A DNA stretch of 12,817 nucleotides from Candidatus Zixiibacteriota bacterium (lineage in GTDB: Bacteria > Zixibacteria > MSB-5A5 > CAIYYT01), in assembly GCA_040235515.1 (NCBI GenBank), contig JBECKX010000012.1, forward strand, positions 1-12,817, given 5' to 3'. Below are positions 7,453 through 12,817 of the stretch, one piece after another. The translations under genes were made by a program, and so were the position numbers. Under the pieces are notes generated by a model. The model was not told where the DNA came from and did not search any database. It saw only the letters and a program-made list of their open reading frames with translations. Within the stretch, counting starts at the first letter, position 1; every line of letters starts with the position of its first letter.

Positions 7453-9165
7453 ATGAAACACGTTCGTTTTGTATTGGTAGCTCTGGTATGCAGTGCGTTC
7501 CTTGAGTTTGTAGCCGGTTTTGCACCGCCTGCGAGTATTCAGGCACAGACGTGGGAGTGGGCGATCAAGCCGATCGGTTATAAGGGGACATCTTTCAAAG
7601 ACAACGCTGTGTATGGAATCGACATCGACGACGCCGGCAGTATTTTTATCACCGGTCAGTTCAACGACAGCGCATCGTTCTCGGGAGAGGTTATGAAGTC
7701 GTACGATGTCGTGGACCCCTACCTCGCCAAGTTGACCTCGAGTGGCACGCTCGACTGGGTCACGACGATCGGTGGTTGGGGTGAGGAGGAGCGTGGGGTT
7801 GACATCACAATCGATCCGCTCGGCAATTCCTACATTATCACCAACGTCGTGGACTCGCTGGATTTCGACGGTACGATCGTGCGGCAGACCAACCAATCGC
7901 TGATGAGCATCGCCAAGTTTAACTCAACCGGTGGTGTGGTATGGGCTCGACCCGCCGCGGGTATTGTCAGTTCGTTCTGGGGAGGAATCGAGTATAGCCC
8001 GGAAGACTATCTCTATTTCGGAGCGGGACAAACCTTCGCGAAGTACACACTTGATGGTGACACGGTCTGGACACGGCAGCAGCCGCTCAACTCTAACTAC
8101 TTCAGCATCAATGATATTGTCGTCGACAAGGATGGCAACTACATCTACCTGACCGGTCACTACGGGGGATTGGTGGATCTCGGAAACGGGGTACAGATCA
8201 ATTCCGGCAGCCAATTCAATTATGACATATTCGTCGCGAAGTTCGACAAGGATGGGACGGCGATCTGGGCAAAGGGCGCGGGAGGAAGTTCCGCAGTTTA
8301 CTACGACATCGGCCGTGGAGTGGATGTTGACACTTCGGGGAATGTCTATATCTGCGGGCAATTCAGTGAGACGGCGTACTTCGACGCCGACTCAATCAGT
8401 GCCGGCGCCGCCCTGTGGGAGATGTTTGTTGCCAAGTACAACAGCTCAGCTGAACTGGAGTGGGTGCTGGGTGGTTCGTCGGAGAGCAGCCTCAGCCAGG
8501 GGATTGCCTCGGATGTCAAGGTCACTGCAGCGCAGGATGCCGTGATTGTGGGAGCGAGTTTCAATTCGCCGGTGACGTTTGGTGGCACTGAGTTTGTTAT
8601 GCCCGGCGGGGGGGGCGACGCGCTGCTGTGCAAGATTCGCTCCTCGGGCACGCTGATGTGGGGGCAGCAAAGCGGGTCGAACTCGGCGATCATCACTGTC
8701 CACGGGATGGAGATAAACAAGGAGACTTCCCTGGCGGTCGTAGTCGGGATGCACAAGAGCCTGCCTGCGACTTTCACACCATACATGTTCGCCACTCCAC
8801 CGGTAGGAGCGGCTGACGGGTTTATCGTGAGCGCCGACACAGATTTCCTGACGCCGGTGCGCGAACTCGCCGCGCCGAGCTTGCCGACGAGTTTTACTCT
8901 GGGACAGAATTATCCGAATCCATTTAACCCATCGACAGTCATCAGTTTCGATCTTGCGGTGCCGGGGCAGGTGAACCTCGCCGTGTTCGACCTGCTGGGA
9001 CGCAAGGTGAAGACGCTGGTTGACCAACAGATGGGAGTTGGCACGTTCCAGGTTGAGTGGAATGGCGAGGATTATAACGGCGACGCAGTAGCATCAGGTG
9101 TGTACTTTTACCGCCTCGCGGCGGGGAGTTTTTCTACTTCCAGGAAGATGCTGCTGCTTAAGTAA
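7453..9165 (+). CDS. Secreted beta-propeller (SBBP-like) repeat protein with C-terminal T9SS type A-like/FlgD-Ig sorting domain
   Basis: N-terminal signal peptide (MKHVRFVLVALVCSAF...). Repeated units such as GIDIDDAGSIFITGQF, DIVVDKDGNYIYLTGHY, GVDVDTSGNVYICGQF and DIFVAKFDKDGTAIW. The tail is LGQNYPNPFNPSTVISF...SGVYFYRL...RKMLLLK. Confidence 0.9.
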   Translation: MKHVRFVLVALVCSAFLEFVAGFAPPASIQAQTWEWAIKPIGYKGTSFKDNAVYGIDIDDAGSIFITGQFNDSASFSGEVMKSYDVVDPYLAKLTSSGTLDWVTTIGGWGEEERGVDITIDPLGNSYIITNVVDSLDFDGTIVRQTNQSLMSIAKFNSTGGVVWARPAAGIVSSFWGGIEYSPEDYLYFGAGQTFAKYTLDGDTVWTRQQPLNSNYFSINDIVVDKDGNYIYLTGHYGGLVDLGNGVQINSGSQFNYDIFVAKFDKDGTAIWAKGAGGSSAVYYDIGRGVDVDTSGNVYICGQFSETAYFDADSISAGAALWEMFVAKYNSSAELEWVLGGSSESSLSQGIASDVKVTAAQDAVIVGASFNSPVTFGGTEFVMPGGGGDALLCKIRSSGTLMWGQQSGSNSAIITVHGMEINKETSLAVVVGMHKSLPATFTPYMFATPPVGAADGFIVSADTDFLTPVRELAAPSLPTSFTLGQNYPNPFNPSTVISFDLAVPGQVNLAVFDLLGRKVKTLVDQQMGVGTFQVEWNGEDYNGDAVASGVYFYRLAAGSFSTSRKMLLLK

Positions 9166-9271
9166 ACAAAGACAATTCGACAAGGGGGGAGTGACCGGTC
9201 GACATGTTGCGGCTTGAACTTGTGATTCGTTCAGGCTTTTCAGGTAGTTTGTGTTAATTCAGGAGGTGCCT

Positions 9272-12106
9272 GTGAGCGGCAATTTTCGGCAATGGTTCCG
9301 GTCTGTGCGAGGTGCGCTGGTATCGGTCAGCGCAATTGTACTGCTGTGCTTCAGCTATGACCGATCATTCGCGGTCTGCGGTGACGTCGATGCATCCGGG
9401 GATGTGATCATCTCTGATGCTCTCTACCTGATCAACTACATATTCCAGATCGGTCCGCCGCCGCTCGATCCGGACGGCGGGGATGTCAACTGCAGCGGGC
9501 AGCTTGATATTGGCGATGCGGTTTACATCGTCAACTATCTATTTGCGGGCGGGCCGCAGGCGTGCTGCCTGAGTGAGGAGATCGGTGTTCTGCTGACCGG
9601 TGCACCAGACGAGAACGCGGTCACTGCGGCGCCCTCCTATGGGCCATTCGCGGTCGAGGAAAGTGACTACCTCGGTGACTTCATCACGACTCGGATGGAG
9701 GCACAGATACACCCATCTGCAACAGTCGCGGAGGTGAATGAGGCGCTGGAGGGGATTGGCGGCAAGATCAGTTGCGTCAGGCCGGGAATGCCCTTTGTCG
9801 AACTCATAGTTCCCCCTTTTCCTGATACGGCCACGGCGCGTGCTGCCTGTACCGAACTGGTTGAATCGGGGGCTTTCCTTTCAGCTTACCCCGCTTTCAA
9901 TCCGATCGAGGCGTTCGACAGCCAATTGTTTCCTGGCTTTCCCGCCAACGGAATCCTGGGACACCTGGAGAATGCCAGATTTCCGGCGGCGTGGAACGCC
10001 CGGGACCTCATCATACCCAACCAGGCAGCGGCGCACGTTCTGGTGCCTGACAAGTATTTTTCCCTCGGCGCGCACCCAGAACTGCCCGACCACTATTTCC
10101 ACAATGGTGCCGGCCGAGTGACGCCCACAGTGAATTCGAATGGAATCGCAGTGGGAAACCACGGATTTGAGGTCGCGGGGATCATCGGCGCAAGGTTTGA
10201 CGACGTCGGTATCACCGGAGTCTATCCGGACCCATCAAATCTACTGAGTACGATCGGCGTTCCCCTCGGTCGCCTGGCGACATGGCAGGCCGTTCTCGCT
10301 GAGATTGCAGGAGCGTTTCCGCCGGACAACTTCATCGTCAATTTCAGCGTCGGCTACCCGGGCGATTTCTCGATCTATCCGAAGCTGCAGCGTATCGAAC
10401 ATGCATTTGCCTGGCGATACCACGCCGCGCTGCACAAGCATACTTTCCTTTTTGTTCAAGCAGCCGGGAATGAGGGATTCGCCTCGGCCGCCTTACCCAA
10501 CGCTGACTACATCTCTCCCATGTCGCTTGCGGCGCGTTTTGACGGGCCGCTGGCGATGTTACAGGGGACGGCCGTGAGTCCGCAGGACAGCGCGAATTTA
10601 TTGTTGATGTATCAGAATGCGATAGCGCTCAACCCATCCTTCGGCGAAAAGACTGATAACGTGATTATTGTCGGCTCATCGAACCAGGATGGATCGCTGT
10701 CAGCATCCTCGAATCTGCCATCCGATGTTCGCATGGTGGGCGAGGGGATCCATGGGCCCTGCATGTTCGACGACGCCGCATGCTACACAGGAGCCGATGG
10801 GTCTCTGATCGAATTTCTCTTCGGAACTTCTTTCGCAGCGCCTCAAGTGGCAGGGCTGGCCGCCTGGCTCTACTCGCTTTCACCCACCAGTAGTCCCGAG
10901 GAAGTGCAGAACATCATCAAGCTGGCTTACAACAACAAGTGGGTTGATGCTTACGAATCTGTGCTGATGCTCGACAAGTCGTTCACAAATGCACCTTTGA
11001 GAAGGGCGATCCTTGATGTGAGTGACTTCGATACGACATTCGGGAGTGATGGCAGATTCAACGAGCTTGACCTGATGATGTATCTCGATTCGATTCTGGC
11101 GTACGAGGCTGACCGCGTCTCAACCTCTCCGCCGTGGCCCCTCGATCACAGTCCGTTTGATCTGAATGGTGATGGTTATACCGGAGACACGCTTGGTACT
11201 CCCAGCACCGCACGTTTCAATCTTGACATCGATTTTCCGCCGTCATACACGGTCCTGCCATTTTCGCCGTGCAGTTTTTCTACCAAGCAGGACACCACGT
11301 TTGACGAGAGCCAGGTAACTGATCGCGACATCCTGAAGTACTATGCGTACTCGGATCTCTATCAGGGGGATACGGATGTGCGTGATTCGCTGTTCGGGAT
11401 CATCTGCACGCCGTTCTGGTCCGGAACAGAGACTCCACTCCTCATAAATGCAGCCGCGGGAGCTGCAACCGGTGCCTTTTGCGGTACGAGTATGTCTGAG
11501 ACGAATTCGTACTCATGTAACATTCAGGATCAGTCCGACTCTATCTCCGGTGTCTGCAACTCAGGGTACTCGTTCACTGCAGAGACTTCGGTTAGCAATC
11601 ACCTAAGCGCATCTGGTGATAGCTTTGCGTTTCAAGTGGTAGGCAACGTCCACCTCATTGCCAGGGCAACAGCCCGGGCAAGTGCTCAGCCCGAGCCGTG
11701 TGAGTATGTTGCAGCAGGCTCAAACTTCGTAAGTAACTCAATTCGATTTGCCCCAATCGGAGGGCAGGCGCAGTTTCCGGTCACTTTTTCCGTCACAGGT
11801 TCAGTGTCGCATACTAATACTCTCTACCCAGATCCGGTCACGAGAGTCTCTGTATATGTCGTCGCAATTGATACTACATTCAAGTCTGATATCCATCCTT
11901 CTCAATCTCCGAATCTGCTGGGGTCATTTCATAGTGATCTGGACCCATTGCCCTACACGTTGCAGACAGTCTATACATCCCTGCCGGAAAACCATGTTTA
12001 TTATGTCTACATGGAAGCCGGTTCGCAGGCGAGTGCGATCACGCAGAAGATTCCTACAGCCGAGGGGACCGTAGATATCACCTACTCCATTACGACCGGA
12101 CCATAG
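9272..12106 (+). CDS. Secreted S8 (subtilisin-like) serine peptidase with N-terminal dockerin type I domain
   Basis: GTG 9272 follows AGGAGG. After a signal peptide comes a dockerin duplication (CGDVDASGDVIISDALYLINYIF / GDVNCSGQLDIGDAVYIVNYLF). S8 motifs are NHGFEVAGIIGA (His), VQAAGNEG (oxyanion Asn) and FGTSFAAPQVAGLAA (Ser). Confidence 0.9.
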   Translation: MSGNFRQWFRSVRGALVSVSAIVLLCFSYDRSFAVCGDVDASGDVIISDALYLINYIFQIGPPPLDPDGGDVNCSGQLDIGDAVYIVNYLFAGGPQACCLSEEIGVLLTGAPDENAVTAAPSYGPFAVEESDYLGDFITTRMEAQIHPSATVAEVNEALEGIGGKISCVRPGMPFVELIVPPFPDTATARAACTELVESGAFLSAYPAFNPIEAFDSQLFPGFPANGILGHLENARFPAAWNARDLIIPNQAAAHVLVPDKYFSLGAHPELPDHYFHNGAGRVTPTVNSNGIAVGNHGFEVAGIIGARFDDVGITGVYPDPSNLLSTIGVPLGRLATWQAVLAEIAGAFPPDNFIVNFSVGYPGDFSIYPKLQRIEHAFAWRYHAALHKHTFLFVQAAGNEGFASAALPNADYISPMSLAARFDGPLAMLQGTAVSPQDSANLLLMYQNAIALNPSFGEKTDNVIIVGSSNQDGSLSASSNLPSDVRMVGEGIHGPCMFDDAACYTGADGSLIEFLFGTSFAAPQVAGLAAWLYSLSPTSSPEEVQNIIKLAYNNKWVDAYESVLMLDKSFTNAPLRRAILDVSDFDTTFGSDGRFNELDLMMYLDSILAYEADRVSTSPPWPLDHSPFDLNGDGYTGDTLGTPSTARFNLDIDFPPSYTVLPFSPCSFSTKQDTTFDESQVTDRDILKYYAYSDLYQGDTDVRDSLFGIICTPFWSGTETPLLINAAAGAATGAFCGTSMSETNSYSCNIQDQSDSISGVCNSGYSFTAETSVSNHLSASGDSFAFQVVGNVHLIARATARASAQPEPCEYVAAGSNFVSNSIRFAPIGGQAQFPVTFSVTGSVSHTNTLYPDPVTRVSVYVVAIDTTFKSDIHPSQSPNLLGSFHSDLDPLPYTLQTVYTSLPENHVYYVYMEAGSQASAITQKIPTAEGTVDITYSITTGP

Positions 12107-12130
12107 AAGCTCCATGTTCGAATCGGACAC

Positions 12131-12168
12131 AAAAAAGAGCGAGGCTATCTTCAGCCTCGCTCTTTCTC
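12131..12168. terminator. Intrinsic terminator between convergent genes (probably bidirectional)
   Basis: AAAGAGCGAGGCT-atcttc-AGCCTCGCTCTTT forms a 13-bp perfect stem. The A6 on the left gives a U-tract for the minus strand and TTTCTC follows on the plus strand. Confidence 0.9.
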
Positions 12169-12188
12169 AACTATCAGTTACGACAGAT

Positions 12189-12817
12189 TTAGCGTTTTAC
12201 CAAATCGAAGCAAGCCGAGGGTGCTGACGGCTGACGCGAACTGGCGTTGGTTCTACCGTTGAACAGCGGCACATACTCGTTATGGCCGTCATTGAACTCC
12301 CACGAGCCACCCGGCGGGACATAGATATTGTCGATGCAGAATCCGCTCTTGGCCGGTTTTGCATTGGCCGGGATTTCGATCTGCATGCTGAAGACCACGC
12401 GCGGTTCGTCGCTCTTGGGAAAGCGCGGACCCGGATTCGATATGCCGCCGATCAGGAATTGATTGGGGAGAGACTGGTCGTTCAGGAGCACGCCGCCCAT
12501 ATTGAAGGCTTCAGCAGCTTTCACATGATCCTTGGCGATACCCTTCGCACCGTCGGCGGTACCGTTGATTTCACCATAACCTTCGACAATCTTGAAGCCC
12601 TTGGCTTCGGTGATAAACCCGAAACCAAGACTCATCGATTGCAGTTCAACCGGGTTGGCGATCAGGATCTCGAGAGTGTTTTTTTCCCCGATAAAGACCT
12701 TGTTGTTTTCGCCGCCGCCGTTGAACCGGACGATTACTTCACCGTCAGGGTTCGGCGTAGCCTTAGCCTTCTCTCCCGCGATCAGCGCCGTGTCGCCGAC
12801 AAGCGACAGTGTGATTA
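12189..12817 (-). CDS. Secreted beta-rich hypothetical protein (5'-truncated), possibly cohesin-like
   Basis: The frame of ORF 12189..12635 stays open to the window edge: ITLSLVGDTALIAGEKAKATPNPDGEVIVRFNGGGENNKVFIGEKNTLEILIANPVELQSMSLGF...FCIDNIYVPPGGSWEF...CFDLVKR. The visible N-terminus resembles the end of a signal peptide. Confidence 0.8.
   Translation of the reverse strand, partial: ITLSLVGDTALIAGEKAKATPNPDGEVIVRFNGGGENNKVFIGEKNTLEILIANPVELQSMSLGFGFITEAKGFKIVEGYGEINGTADGAKGIAKDHVKAAEAFNMGGVLLNDQSLPNQFLIGGISNPGPRFPKSDEPRVVFSMQIEIPANAKPAKSGFCIDNIYVPPGGSWEFNDGHNEYVPLFNGRTNASSRQPSAPSACFDLVKR

Noticed and set aside
6038..9027. Minus-strand ORFs overlapping the PG-binding and beta-propeller genes
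   Set aside because: They are antisense to well-supported genes and have no recognisable motifs.

Overview
Bacterial chromosomal window, probably from candidate phylum Zixibacteria or a related FCB-group lineage. This is inferred from a dockerin-bearing secreted protein and a 'QNYPNPFN...KMLLLK' C-terminal sorting domain. The centre is a canonical CIRCE-controlled groES-groEL operon (minus strand) with an intrinsic terminator. Downstream of groEL (about 340-3520) is an accessory tract. It holds a REP-associated tyrosine transposase (RAYT/TnpA-REP, HUH Y1) that carries a perfect copy of its own REP inside its reading frame, and a dense cluster of at least four distinct GTAG/GTGG/GGAG-footed hairpin families. 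It also holds co-oriented small hypothetical genes; two of them, with their own sigma70-like promoter, are bracketed by ~63-bp composite REP direct repeats 1 kb apart. To the right of groES are a peptidoglycan-binding/HExxH protein, a secreted beta-propeller protein with a T9SS-like/FlgD-Ig tail, a dockerin-S8 peptidase and a convergent, truncated secreted beta-rich protein that may be cohesin-like. The best candidate for an undescribed system is the RAYT plus REP-bounded gene cassette arrangement. All calls are from reading the sequence by eye, with no database searches.
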